Source of the DNA: Methylococcaceae bacterium
GTDB taxonomy: Bacteria; Patescibacteriota; Microgenomatia; UBA1400; PJMF01
Direction of reading: 5' to 3'
Length of the DNA stretch: 59,484 bases
Assembly: GCA_044370175.1 (NCBI GenBank)
Contig: JBILVZ010000004.1
Location: 1-59,484 of the forward strand
The translations under genes and the position numbers were made by a program. Position 1 is the first letter of the stretch. Every line of letters starts with the position of its first letter. The notes beneath the pieces were generated by a model. That model was given only the letters and a program-made list of their open reading frames with translations. It was not told the DNA's origin and searched no databases. Below, piece by piece: positions 1 to 9,565 of this stretch.

Positions 1-9
1 CAGACGCTT

Positions 10-1086
10 GTGCCTTCTCAAGTTGCTATTCTCTCTAAACCTGCAGACATCCAGTATTTTTCAGGTTTTCAGACACTGGTGCCACAAGAGCGTGAGGCGT
101 TTTTGGCGCTAACTGTCCAAGATGCAACACTCTTTCATGCTTCTTTTTCACCAGTGACCCACTGGGACTGCCTGCAGTATCAGGCCACAACCTCGATAGC
201 AGCGATCTTGGAAAAAATAGTGGCATGGAAAGACTTGGAGCGCTTACAGCCTGATGCTGCTACAGGAAGAATCAATCTACTGCTCGACTACACAAGCCTC
301 TTTGTGTCTGAGTTTACCGCTTTTAAGCAAAAGCCTGAGCTCCTCTGTAACCCTCTTAATTTGGAGAAAATTTGGAACTTGCGAATGATTAAAGATGCGA
401 CCGAGCAGGAAGCGCTTAAGCAGGCAGCCCTCCTCTCTACCCAAACGCTTGCCCACATATGGCCGCTCCTGCAGCCAGGCAAGACTGAACAGGAATTGGC
501 TTGGGAAATTGAAAAATTCATCAAACAAACGGGTGGTGAACTGGCCTTTCCTACCATCGTGGCGTTTGGGGCACATGCTGCCCTGCCCCACCACCAGCCA
601 ACAGGTGAACAACTTGCGAGCGAAAGTGTTGTACTTCTCGATTTTGGCGCAAAAGTAGCTGGCTACTGTTCTGACATGACCAGAACTATCTGGGTAGGCA
701 AACAACCGTCTCCCATATTTTGTAGTGTTGAGCAAGCTGTCAAAACTGCCTACAGCGCTGGATTGGCAGTCTGTGAGGAGTTTGCAAGTAGTTGCACCCC
801 TGAGTTTCAGCAAGGTACTGCTACACCGCTGCGTGCTGTAGATATTGCCGCTCGTAGTTCACTAGAAAAGGCAGGCTATGGCAAGCAGTTTATTCACACC
901 ACCGGGCACGGGCTGGGATTAGAAATTCACGAACAGCCATCCATTTACAAAACAACACCCAGACTCATGCAACTAGGTATGGCCTTCACGATTGAACCTG
1001 GGGTCTACTTGCCTGGCCAGTTTGGCTACCGCTACGAAAACACAATCTTGCTGCTACAAGAAAAAGTGGTAGAGTTAACGCGGTAG
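10..1086 (+). CDS. Xaa-Pro aminopeptidase (peptidase M24B)
   Basis: Metal-site motifs DFGA..GYCSDMTRT, HTTGHGLGLEIHEQP, FTIEPGVY, RYENT; creatinase-like N-terminus; GTG start near window edge. Confidence 0.92.
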   Translation: MPSQVAILSKPADIQYFSGFQTLVPQEREAFLALTVQDATLFHASFSPVTHWDCLQYQATTSIAAILEKIVAWKDLERLQPDAATGRINLLLDYTSLFVSEFTAFKQKPELLCNPLNLEKIWNLRMIKDATEQEALKQAALLSTQTLAHIWPLLQPGKTEQELAWEIEKFIKQTGGELAFPTIVAFGAHAALPHHQPTGEQLASESVVLLDFGAKVAGYCSDMTRTIWVGKQPSPIFCSVEQAVKTAYSAGLAVCEEFASSCTPEFQQGTATPLRAVDIAARSSLEKAGYGKQFIHTTGHGLGLEIHEQPSIYKTTPRLMQLGMAFTIEPGVYLPGQFGYRYENTILLLQEKVVELTR

Positions 1087-1111
1087 TACTTGACTGCTTG
1101 CCCTCAAAATA

Positions 1112-2068
1112 ATGCTGACAAAAATAGACACTGATCGTATACATATTCCTCCTGATGCACATGGGCGCAGTCGAAATGGATGTAATTTTAGAGAAGATTC
1201 CTTTGAGTTTCCCCCGTATTTGGCTGATTCAGAGCGAATTAAAGCAATACTTTCATTCGTAACCAATAAATATCTCTACTACTTGCTCTGGGCACCTCCA
1301 GAATGCAAAGACGGTATTATGCATAAATGCCTTCATACCAATGATGTCGTAAAAGCTATGGTTCGGATTCACGAAGATCAGCCTGGCTACACCTTAGAAG
1401 ATGCTATCTGTATTGCCCTCTCGCATGATGTGTTTCGGCCTATCCAAGGTGCGACACACAATAAATTTTCAGATCGCAAAACCCAGATTGAACACGGAGA
1501 TGAAGGTGCAGAACTGGTACGGCGCACCTTTCCCTCTGAGACACTGCTCTACCAAGCCGTTAAAGATCATAATAAATTGACGCCACAGTTCACCGGGCCT
1601 TGGATTGATGAAATCCGAGATGCTGATAGATTTGCAATTTACACGCGTATTTTTGATCGCATTGGTGCTGACTCATATGACGAAGGTGAAGGAGATGGCA
1701 TCAGTCCTCAGGCACTTGAAGCATTTTGTAGTGGCAAGTTGGTTGATCGAGCATACGTACACACAAAAGCTGATAATTGGCTCTGCTCATTGGGCTGGAT
1801 TTGGGACCTCAAGATGCAAAAAGCACGTATTAGCATAGCTGAGGAAGGATTCCCCGAGCGGATTGTGCTGTATATGATTGCCAACTTTGGCCTACAACCT
1901 TTAGAAGCTGTTGCACTGACAGATAGTGTGACGAATTGGTACAAAGCACACAACTTGGATACTATCGTGGGACTACCTGAGTTTATCTCAATACCAGCCA
2001 ATACTATACCGCCAGCCAAGCGGTCGCCACTTTTTACTCAGAGCACCAGCGCGCCCAGATCCCAGTAG
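1112..2068 (+). CDS. HD-domain phosphohydrolase family protein
   Basis: Motif series HT..V, LSHDV, EHGDEGA, DHNK, IRDADR; 3' end overlaps the convergent gene by 35 nt. Confidence 0.75.
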   Translation: MLTKIDTDRIHIPPDAHGRSRNGCNFREDSFEFPPYLADSERIKAILSFVTNKYLYYLLWAPPECKDGIMHKCLHTNDVVKAMVRIHEDQPGYTLEDAICIALSHDVFRPIQGATHNKFSDRKTQIEHGDEGAELVRRTFPSETLLYQAVKDHNKLTPQFTGPWIDEIRDADRFAIYTRIFDRIGADSYDEGEGDGISPQALEAFCSGKLVDRAYVHTKADNWLCSLGWIWDLKMQKARISIAEEGFPERIVLYMIANFGLQPLEAVALTDSVTNWYKAHNLDTIVGLPEFISIPANTIPPAKRSPLFTQSTSAPRSQ

Positions 2069-2999
2069 ACAGTAGCCTGGAGTTGCTCTTTGCCTTGGTA
2101 GTATCTGATGTTTCTTGAGGAACTGCTTCTCGAGCCTCCTCTAGTGCCAACTCTCCCACACGCACTTCCCCACCACGCTGCCCCAGCATCTCTGTCAATA
2201 AGTTACCAAGTGTCACTGCAGAGGTACTGACTGCATAGGCATTGATCAGGATAAATAACGGCTTATCGGTGAGAATTTGACTACACATTTCCAGCAAAAT
2301 TGGTAGAGATTTTTTAAAGTCCCATTTTTCGCCGTTTGGGCCATGTCCGTAGACTGGTGGATCCATTATTATGCCATCGTACTTTGTACCTCGACGCACT
2401 TCTCGCTCCACAAACTTGACAACATCTTCCAATATCCACCTGATCGAACGCTCATCAAGCCCCGAAGCAAGCTGATTTTTTTTTGCCCAGCCAATCGACG
2501 CTCTTGAAGCATCAACGTGTGTCACCTTTGCCCCAGCTTTGGCCGCCACAATACTGGCTCCCCCAGTGTATGCAAAAAGATTGAGCACGTTTGGCCGCCA
2601 CTCATCGGTAGTCACCGCAGCAGCACCTTCTTGTGCTAGCTGCACACGCTTCACTATAAGCTCCCTAAACCACGCCCAGTGCGCACTCTGCTCAGAAAAA
2701 ATCCCGGTGTGTTTAAAAGGAGAAAGACGCGCCATAAACGTCAAATCCTGCCAGTGCACTGGCCATTCATCTGGCATTTTGGTAAACGTCTGCCAAGCAC
2801 CCTTGTCTTCATAGGTTCGCTCAAACACTGCTTGGGCAGTACGCCAAACACTGTGTGGCAACGACTTTGACCACAAAATTTGTGGATCTGGTCGCGCAAT
2901 GACAAACTCACCAAACTGCTCCAAGCGTTCACCATCACCACTATCAAGGAGCTGGTAATCACTCCACCCATCGGGGGTAATAATTGAAATGGTATGCAT
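2034..2999 (-). CDS. Class I SAM-dependent methyltransferase (RlmI/RlmK-like)
   Basis: YQLLDSGDGERLEQFG, FKHTGIFSEQ, VLNLFAYTGG (SAM motif), MDPP. Confidence 0.88.
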   Translation of the reverse strand: MHTISIITPDGWSDYQLLDSGDGERLEQFGEFVIARPDPQILWSKSLPHSVWRTAQAVFERTYEDKGAWQTFTKMPDEWPVHWQDLTFMARLSPFKHTGIFSEQSAHWAWFRELIVKRVQLAQEGAAAVTTDEWRPNVLNLFAYTGGASIVAAKAGAKVTHVDASRASIGWAKKNQLASGLDERSIRWILEDVVKFVEREVRRGTKYDGIIMDPPVYGHGPNGEKWDFKKSLPILLEMCSQILTDKPLFILINAYAVSTSAVTLGNLLTEMLGQRGGEVRVGELALEEAREAVPQETSDTTKAKSNSRLLSTGIWARWCSE

Positions 3000-3005
3000 A
3001 CTGTA

Positions 3006-3314
3006 TTATGGCGTATTTTTCTGTAGTTTACTTGTGTTATTTTTCTCTGCTGCCTTCTCCACAGAATATTGTATTGCTGCCCATGTCAATATCTGCTGAC
3101 TCCGCTCATTTGAGTAAGTGTTGTGTGAAAAGAGCTCGAGATATATATTTATCCAGAACCGCAAACTTCTCTGAAAGCTTTTGTTTTCTGGATACTGCTG
3201 TACCGCCCACCTATCTAGTTCCATCTGAGCGGCAACAAATCGCAGCGCGAGCTGGAACTCATTTTCACCAAGTTGTATAGTTGGTTCGTGCCCAACTGCT
3301 TCAGTTTTAAACAT
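3006..3314 (-). CDS. Hypothetical protein
   Basis: 102-aa ORF starting 15 nt after the tRNA 3' end, GAGGG upstream; no recognised motif. Confidence 0.5.
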   Translation of the reverse strand: MFKTEAVGHEPTIQLGENEFQLALRFVAAQMELDRWAVQQYPENKSFQRSLRFWINIYLELFSHNTYSNERSQQILTWAAIQYSVEKAAEKNNTSKLQKNTP

Positions 3315-3329
3315 ATGGTTCCCTCATTG

Positions 3330-3402
3330 TGGACCTGATCGGACTCGAACCGACCACCTCTGCAATGCGAATGCAGCGCTCTACCAGATGAGCTACAGGC
3401 CC
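3330..3402 (-). tRNA. tRNA-Ala, anticodon CGC, CCA not encoded
   Basis: GGGCCTG/CAGGTCC acceptor stem with G3:U70, TAGCTCA..TGGTAGAGC D-arm, CTGCA-TTCGCAT-TGCAG anticodon arm, GGTTCGAGTCC T-arm. Confidence 0.96.
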
Positions 3403-3445
3403 AAAAAGCACTACAGCTACACAGTATTGTACTACGTAGGTAGTT

Positions 3446-3823
3446 TTATTTTTTACTTCCAACTGCTCTATCTAGCACAAACCCCTTGCCTATTTGTTTG
3501 TTGTGTGTTGCGCTAAGCGGTGGATACTTTGCCTCATTTTTCTTGATTTTTCGCTCAAATGCTTCCGCCAGATCAATCCCCAAATCATTGGCATTCAGCA
3601 GCACCCACCAGAGGACATCCACGAGTTCATCTGCCAGCGCTTCTTTGCGCATCTTGATACGTTTTTTTAGCTCAGCACCGGTAAAATACTGCACCAACTC
3701 CGCAAACTCTGCTGCTTCAATCAACATCCCCAAAGCCATATCTTTAGGCCCATGGTACCGTTTCCACCCACGAGCTGCGCGAAACTCGACAATGCGTTTG
3801 GTAAGGTGCTGAAACTGTGTCAT
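3446..3823 (-). CDS. MazG-like nucleotide pyrophosphohydrolase (dCTP pyrophosphatase type)
   Basis: FRAARGW..YHGPKDMA..EAAEFAE..DELVDV..KIKKNEAKYP. Confidence 0.88.
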   Translation of the reverse strand: MTQFQHLTKRIVEFRAARGWKRYHGPKDMALGMLIEAAEFAELVQYFTGAELKKRIKMRKEALADELVDVLWWVLLNANDLGIDLAEAFERKIKKNEAKYPPLSATHNKQIGKGFVLDRAVGSKK

Positions 3824-3830
3824 AGGTACG

Positions 3831-4034
3831 TTACTTACTAATCATTTGACCATCAGCACCAAAGACTTCAATAGTATGGCCACTAACAATCAGCCTAGTA
3901 CCAGAAGGAATAGCTGTCAATTGTAAAATAACTGACATTTGTGATCCACCACTAAACTCTAGTTCGAGTGGAAGCGAGTATACTGCCCCCGGCAATACTT
4001 CGCCTTCAGCAATCTGATACTCTACTAATGTCAC
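3831..4034 (-). CDS. Short hypothetical protein or remnant
   Basis: 67-aa GTG-start ORF ending 7 nt before the MazG start; no motif. Confidence 0.3.
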   Translation of the reverse strand: MTLVEYQIAEGEVLPGAVYSLPLELEFSGGSQMSVILQLTAIPSGTRLIVSGHTIEVFGADGQMISK

Positions 4035-4142
4035 TAGTTGTCTGTTTACATTTAGGGTAATACTCTGATCTTTGAAGTTTGTTTCGATATAACTGGCTAG
4101 CGTCCCACATTCGCAGTTGTAATGGTAGAATCATCTGTGAGT

Positions 4143-5141
4143 ATGCATATCACCACACATCTGACAGCCCAAGATTCGATTCGACCACTCACTCCACATG
4201 AACAGCGAGTTACGGAGCGAATCTTTGAGCAGAACGTACACTTCACTCCTCGCGATACCGTTGTCATTGTTACAGATCCTACGATGCACGAGAAAGAAGC
4301 TGCGCTGTGGTTTGAAACGGCAAAAACACTTGGACTACCTGTTGAGCTCTATGTTTTGGCAGGAATGACGCACTCAGGTGAGGAACCACCACAAACTATA
4401 GTTGATTTGGCAGATACAAATTCAATCGTCATTTTCCAAACTGTATATTCACTTACGCACACCAAGGCAGGCAAAAAAGCTATTAGCAACGGTGGGCGCG
4501 GCATTAGCTTGCCTGGTGCTGAGTATGAACTGTTGCTGAGGACGCTGGATATTGATTACGCGCCAGTCCGAGAACTGGGTGAAAAACTCAAAGAAGAACT
4601 TGCAGCCGCACCAAAACTCACCATCACGGCTCAAAATGGAACTCATCTGACCACCCAGATTCGTACAACAGGCATCATCAATGATTCTGGCTTTTTTAAA
4701 CCTGGCGAACTCGGCAACTTACCTGCAGGGGAAGTTTTTTTTGCTCCCCTCCTCGGGACAACCAATGGAACTGTTGTGATTGATGGCTCGATCGCCGACG
4801 ATGTTTTAGATGCCCCAATTACGGTTACGATACAGAACGGTACAGCGGTCGCAATGACAGGTGGTGCTGCAGCCCAAAAACTTTGGGAGAAACTCAACGC
4901 TTATGGCCCAGCTGGCCGCACTGTTGCAGAAGTGGGAATTGGCACCAATCCTGCTGCAAAAATTACTGAAAACTTACTAGAAGCAGAAAAGGCCTATGGC
5001 ACAGTTCATATTGCGTTTGGCAACTCCAGCGCAATTGGTGGTGAAAATGAGGTACCCATTCACATTGATGGACTGATCGCACAACCAAAGGTGAAAACAC
5101 CAACAGATCTGCTCTTGGAGAATCACCTATTCAATCTCTAA
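4143..5141 (+). CDS. Aminopeptidase (peptidase M29 / thermophilic metalloprotease family)
   Basis: GNLPAGEVFFAP, VAEVGIGTNP, EAEKAYGTVHIAFGNS, HIDG. Confidence 0.88.
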   Translation: MHITTHLTAQDSIRPLTPHEQRVTERIFEQNVHFTPRDTVVIVTDPTMHEKEAALWFETAKTLGLPVELYVLAGMTHSGEEPPQTIVDLADTNSIVIFQTVYSLTHTKAGKKAISNGGRGISLPGAEYELLLRTLDIDYAPVRELGEKLKEELAAAPKLTITAQNGTHLTTQIRTTGIINDSGFFKPGELGNLPAGEVFFAPLLGTTNGTVVIDGSIADDVLDAPITVTIQNGTAVAMTGGAAAQKLWEKLNAYGPAGRTVAEVGIGTNPAAKITENLLEAEKAYGTVHIAFGNSSAIGGENEVPIHIDGLIAQPKVKTPTDLLLENHLFNL

Positions 5142-5160
5142 TGTAGCGTGTACTACTCCA

Positions 5161-5169
5161 TGCTATACT
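5161..5169 (+). promoter_or_regulatory. Extended -10 promoter (TGcTATACT) for the his leader/hisS transcript
   Basis: TGnTATACT ends 6 nt before the leader ATG at 5176. Confidence 0.65.
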
Positions 5170-5175
5170 ACAGCT

Positions 5176-5226
5176 ATGACACAACCATTTGTCATCACTA
5201 CGCATCATCACCATACGCTCGCTTGA
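5176..5226 (+). CDS. Histidine leader peptide MTQPFVITTHHHHTLA
   Basis: 16-codon ORF with four consecutive His codons (5203-5214) directly upstream of hisS and an attenuator; below the ORF-track size cutoff. Confidence 0.85.
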   Translation: MTQPFVITTHHHHTLA

Positions 5227-5260
5227 GGGGTGATCTGTAGTGCCTAAACCGTAATTACAC

Positions 5261-5284
5261 TCCCCGCCTCAAGCGGGATTTTTT
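5261..5284 (+). terminator. Attenuator terminator upstream of hisS
   Basis: CCCGC-ctcaa-GCGGG hairpin followed by ATTTTTT; overlaps CCTCAAGCG (5267-5275), which is complementary to CGCTTGAGG (5220-5228). Confidence 0.8.
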
Positions 5285-5320
5285 GTAGTAAATTAAGTTA
5301 CAAATATGAAAGAAAACTAT

Positions 5321-6568
5321 ATGCAAAACACACCAGTACAAACACTCAAAGGTTTTAGAGATTTTTTGCCAGAAGAAAAGCGTAAACGTGACTACGTCAT
5401 CGCCAAGATGAAAGCGGTCTATGAGCGGTTTGGATTTGAGCCCATCGAAACACCAACCCTCGAATACGCAGATCTCCTCCTTGGTAAATATGGCGACGAA
5501 GCAGACAAACTCGTCTACAACTTCAAAGATCGTGGTGATCGCGCTATCGCCTTGCGCTATGACCAGACTGTGCCCACCGCACGTATTCTCTATCAATACC
5601 AAAGTGAGCTTCCCCGCTACTTCCGCCGCTATCAAATTCAAAACGTTTTTCGCGCCGACAAGCCACAAAAGGGTCGCTATCGTGAGTTTACGCAAAGTGA
5701 CTGTGACATTTTTGCCAGCACCGACCCACTCGCCGATGCAGAAATTTTGGCTGTTTTTTATACCGTTTATTTTGAATTAGGGCTGAAAAACATCACTATT
5801 GAGATCAATGATCGTGAGACACTGCTATCCTTCCTTTCGCCATTTGCCACAACCGAAACTTCAGTACTATCCCTGACACAAAGTGTCGATAAACTGGACA
5901 AGCAAACACCAGCAGAAGTCGCAGCCGAACTAGTCACAAAAGGTCTGACTAGAGAAGCAGCAGAAAGACTTTTAAGCGAACTGCAAAAAGTCCAACCATC
6001 AGCGCAATTACAAAAAATTGTAGACAAAGCAAAACTCCTCGGTGTACCAGCGACAGCACTCAAATTTAACCCAAACCTAGCTCGAGGCCTGGATTACTAT
6101 ACTGGCCTAATTTTTGAAAGCCGCCTACCCGAATACCCAACAGGCTCCTTAGGTGGTGGTGGTCGCTACGACAACCTCATCAATCAACTTTCTGGCTACC
6201 AAATGCCAGCCGTCGGCTTTGCCGTTGGTTTTGATCGCACCGTCGAAGTGGCTGATGCACTCGGGCTGCTCCCTGCAGAAAGTCTCGGTTCACAAGTGCT
6301 CGTGACTATTTTTGACGAGCAGTTTGCGCCACAGTCACTCGCCCTTGCTACAGAGCTGCGGGCTGCAGGCATTAAAACCGAGGTCTACCCTGCCCTCGAC
6401 AAACTGGGCAAACAGTTCAAACTGGCTGACCAAAAAAAGATTCCCTATGTTGCGATTGTGGGTGAAGATGAAGTAGCTAAAAATGTGGTTTTACTCAAAA
6501 ATATGCAAACGGGCGAACAGACAGCTGTGGCAGTAGACAAGGTTCTAGCGTTTTTTAAGCAAAGCTAG
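5321..6568 (+). CDS. hisS: Histidine--tRNA ligase
   Basis: KGFRDFLP, LRYDQTVPTAR, RADKPQKGRYREFTQ, LARGLDYYTG, GGGRYD; alternative start 5306. Confidence 0.97.
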   Translation: MQNTPVQTLKGFRDFLPEEKRKRDYVIAKMKAVYERFGFEPIETPTLEYADLLLGKYGDEADKLVYNFKDRGDRAIALRYDQTVPTARILYQYQSELPRYFRRYQIQNVFRADKPQKGRYREFTQSDCDIFASTDPLADAEILAVFYTVYFELGLKNITIEINDRETLLSFLSPFATTETSVLSLTQSVDKLDKQTPAEVAAELVTKGLTREAAERLLSELQKVQPSAQLQKIVDKAKLLGVPATALKFNPNLARGLDYYTGLIFESRLPEYPTGSLGGGGRYDNLINQLSGYQMPAVGFAVGFDRTVEVADALGLLPAESLGSQVLVTIFDEQFAPQSLALATELRAAGIKTEVYPALDKLGKQFKLADQKKIPYVAIVGEDEVAKNVVLLKNMQTGEQTAVAVDKVLAFFKQS

Positions 6569-7658
6569 CAAGCTGCAGTTGCGGTGCCTGTATACCCAAC
6601 TTTTCTGCCTGCTGATAGACAGTAATGCGGTGTAGTGGGGTTAAAACAATTTCTGCAACATCTTGTGCTTCTTGTAGCAAAGCAGTTTGCCGCTCTCGCT
6701 CTCGGTCGTCAAAATACTGTGTAATCATCTGGAGGAGCACTACACCTTGTTCTGGCGCAACATGTGCAAATAGGTGTGCTAAAAATAGAACCTGCATCTC
6801 GTGAATGTTCAAAAATGTTGTATCAAGAAATACGTCGTATAACCTACTATTCCTTGCCTCTTCAGGAGGCATTAGATTCCCTCTCCGCCTGTACATATCA
6901 TTCATGTCTCGTGCTGCTACACTCGGCCTCACTTCTGCAAGTTCAGCTGCTAAAGCAACCTCAGACAAAGTTCTGTCCGCTGCTTGCAACTGAGCAATCC
7001 TGCGTTGCACCGCACGTTCCTGTCGAGTTACTAGATCTGCATACACGTACACATACAAATCATGAATTGTAGTATTGGGGAGCTCTTTTTGTTGATACGC
7101 CAACTCTACTTGGGTCAGCAGCTTTCTTTTCACATTATCTCTGCCATCCACAGCAACATGTTGAAATTGTGTGGCTATTTCAATTAATGTTCTATCCAAC
7201 ATATCGCAGACAAAATCAAGACCCGCAATAAAAGAAACATGTTGCCTAATGCTTGGGGCACCCAGATCAGAAACCACGTCGTATTCTAGTTTTAAAGCAG
7301 CAAGATCAGCTTGTAAGCCAGTTATCTTCTCCTTTTTTTCCTCCTCAGAACTCCAGGCAGTATAACCGTTTTCAATGGCATACTTGGTGATTGCTCGAGC
7401 AATGGTACCCGTTGAAGTTACTTCAAAGCCACACTTTTCCAAAAGCTCAAGTAGTGTCCCCTTGCCTGCTGCTGCCACGCCATCCATAAAAACTTTGACT
7501 GCGACCTGACGGTTCTGTAAAAATGGAATAACAAACTGAGACCAAAGTTCATCTTTAAACTGTGCTACTGTTTCTTGGCCATTAGGGTCCAAAACGGTAT
7601 ATGCTGCCTCAGGAATGGCAAAAACTGATGTATAGTTAAGCGTTTCACTCTGTTTCAT
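6555..7658 (-). CDS. cmk: Divergent (d)CMP kinase with N- and C-terminal extensions
   Basis: DGVAAAGKGT P-loop, STGTIARA, DGRD, RDMNDMYR, LDTT collinear with Cmk; start could be 7697. Confidence 0.7.
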   Translation of the reverse strand: MKQSETLNYTSVFAIPEAAYTVLDPNGQETVAQFKDELWSQFVIPFLQNRQVAVKVFMDGVAAAGKGTLLELLEKCGFEVTSTGTIARAITKYAIENGYTAWSSEEEKKEKITGLQADLAALKLEYDVVSDLGAPSIRQHVSFIAGLDFVCDMLDRTLIEIATQFQHVAVDGRDNVKRKLLTQVELAYQQKELPNTTIHDLYVYVYADLVTRQERAVQRRIAQLQAADRTLSEVALAAELAEVRPSVAARDMNDMYRRRGNLMPPEEARNSRLYDVFLDTTFLNIHEMQVLFLAHLFAHVAPEQGVVLLQMITQYFDDRERERQTALLQEAQDVAEIVLTPLHRITVYQQAEKLGIQAPQLQLASFA

Positions 7659-7807
7659 TATTTCGATATGCCTGCCCACGGCAGGTATTTCCTCCAATAG
7701 AAAAAGGTTAGTATAACAGAAAAGCGTAAAAATAAGTAATAGATTGATGAGTGAATATATTAATCACTATGTTATGAATTGCTAGAATACTGTTTACTAC
7801 AAAAAAT

Positions 7808-8101
7808 ATGGCTTTACAACCTGAATCTAGACCTGAGACAAAGCAAACTCCACACCCTACACAGGAAGGGAGCATAGAACTAACCATACTAACTGTTCTT
7901 GCCACCACCCCTGCCCGTGAGAGTGATCCCGCAGGTAATCCAGAAATGCAATAAGTGTAGGTGAAAGAAGAACTACAAAGACAACAAAACATTCCACTCC
8001 CGGTAGAAGATCTGGCAAACAAGTATTTTAAACTCTCTTTTGAGATAGTATTTTGCAGCTGTTCAAGTAATTGCAGATTCCAGTTTTCTCTGGTAAAATA
8101 A
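7808..8101 (+). pseudogene. Probable interrupted orphan ORF
   Basis: 48-codon ORF from ATG 7808 reads CAA-TAA-GTG-TAG-GTG and stays open in the same frame for about 46 more codons. Confidence 0.3.
8071..8099 (+). promoter_or_regulatory. Sigma70-type promoter of rpmE
   Basis: TTGCAG-17 nt-TAAAAT with TG extension. Confidence 0.65.
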
Positions 8102-8104
8102 GCA

Positions 8105-8145
8105 CCTTAGGCAATCTGAATACCGCTTCAGCAAACTTTGCAAGG
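8105..8145 (+). promoter_or_regulatory. Structured rpmE 5' leader (candidate L31 autoregulatory leader)
   Basis: Nested pairings CCTT/AAGG, GCAA/TTGC, CTGAA/TTCAG; outer helix covers the AAGG SD. Confidence 0.45.
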
Positions 8146-8150
8146 AACTT

Positions 8151-8537
8151 ATGAAAAAAAATATCCATCCAACTATGCGCCCTACCGTCTTTATTGACGT
8201 ATCTACCAACGACAAGATTATCACCTCTTCAGCACTTATGGTACAAGAAAGTATGGAGATTGATGGTGTGACGTATCAAGTAGTTCGCACTGATATCACC
8301 TCGTACTCTCACCCCTTCTTCACTGGCGAAGTTCGCTTTGTTGACGAACGTGGCACTGTAGAGCGCTTTAAAGAAAAGATTAAAAAAGCTCAAGCATCAC
8401 AAGCACAAGCTGCTGCTAAGGCTGCTAAAAACCAGAAACAAGTCAAGCCAGCTGGCGATCCAAAATCATATCGTGATGTCTTGCGTGAACAGCAAGATAC
8501 CATCCGCACTAGTGCAAAAACCACTGAACAAGCCTAG
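8151..8537 (+). CDS. rpmE: 50S ribosomal protein L31, type B (no Zn cysteines), long C-terminal tail
   Basis: MKKNIHP..DITSYSHPFFTGEVRFVDERGTVERF. Confidence 0.93.
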   Translation: MKKNIHPTMRPTVFIDVSTNDKIITSSALMVQESMEIDGVTYQVVRTDITSYSHPFFTGEVRFVDERGTVERFKEKIKKAQASQAQAAAKAAKNQKQVKPAGDPKSYRDVLREQQDTIRTSAKTTEQA

Positions 8538-8600
8538 TTCTTCAGTAGTCTAGAAGTATCAGGACTACCACTCATATGGTATCCGCGCTACGATAGCAGT

Positions 8601-9557
8601 ATGTCCAACCCGTACCAGTCACTCATTGATCAATTGACCATTAAGATTCAGGAAACTGAAGTTTTGGCAAATGATCCTGAGATGGCAAGTCTCGTCCAAG
8701 AGGAACTGCTACAACTCCAAGAACAAAAAGCACAACTTGAGGCTGCAGCTGCACAGATGACGGCACATGCAGAAGTGAGTGATACCGAAACTGGCAAAAA
8801 AGGCAACTGTATCGTCGAAATTCGTGGTGGTGCTGGAGGTGATGAAGCCAAGATCTGGGCGCATGATTTATTGCGCATGTATATTCGCTTTGCAGAAAAT
8901 AACAAATTAAAGATGGAAACTATTGATGACACCATCATTAAGTTTTTTGGGAAAGTTGAGTTTGCAGGTGAAGTTTTGACTGCCTATGAGCTGCTGCAGT
9001 TTGAATCGGGAGTCCACCGAGTACAACGAGTCCCTGCCACCGAGGCACAAGGTAGAATTCATACCTCCACTGCTAGTGTAGCAGTTTTGCCTGAAGTTCC
9101 TCCTGCAGCAATCAGTATTCGTGAAGAAGATCTTGAATGGGCGTTTATGCGTGCTGGTGGTGCTGGTGGGCAAAACGTCAATAAAGTTAACTCAGCGGTT
9201 CGCCTCACCCATCTTCCCTCTGGGATTGTTGTCAACGCCCGCCAGGAAAAAAAACAAGATCAGAATCGAAAAATTGCGCTTGAATTGCTGCGCGCACAAC
9301 TCTGGGAGATAGAAGAAGAAAAAAAGGCAAAAGCTGAAGGTGAAGCTCGCAGTATGATCGGTCGTGCACAGCGTGCAGAGAAGATCCGCACCTACAACTA
9401 CCCTCAGAATCGAGTTACAGATCACCGCACTAAACAATCCTGGTTTAGTTTAGAAACAATCATGGAAGGCAGTATTGCCGACATGGTGTTGGAGTTGCGC
9501 GCTGCACTCACCAACCCTGACTATGTCCCTGGGCAATCAGACGATGAGGTCGAATAA
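8601..9557 (+). CDS. prfA: Peptide chain release factor 1 (short N-terminus)
   Basis: [14 protein letters not shown] (PAT specificity motif), [22 protein letters not shown]. Confidence 0.96.
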   Translation: MSNPYQSLIDQLTIKIQETEVLANDPEMASLVQEELLQLQEQKAQLEAAAAQMTAHAEVSDTETGKKGNCIVEIRGGAGGDEAKIWAHDLLRMYIRFAENNKLKMETIDDTIIKFFGKVEFAGEVLTAYELLQFESGVHRVQRVPATEAQGRIHTSTASVAVLPEVPPAAISIREEDLEWAFMRAGGAGGQNVNKVNSAVRLTHLPSGIVVNARQEKKQDQNRKIALELLRAQLWEIEEEKKAKAEGEARSMIGRAQRAEKIRTYNYPQNRVTDHRTKQSWFSLETIMEGSIADMVLELRAALTNPDYVPGQSDDEVE

Positions 9558-9565
9558 AGTACCAG

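Noticed and set aside
3006-3402. Integrated element at tRNA-Ala
   Set aside because: No integrase, and no duplicated tRNA 3' end was found by eye.
5142-5320. T-box control of hisS
   Set aside because: No T-box sequence; the leader peptide and attenuator explain the region.
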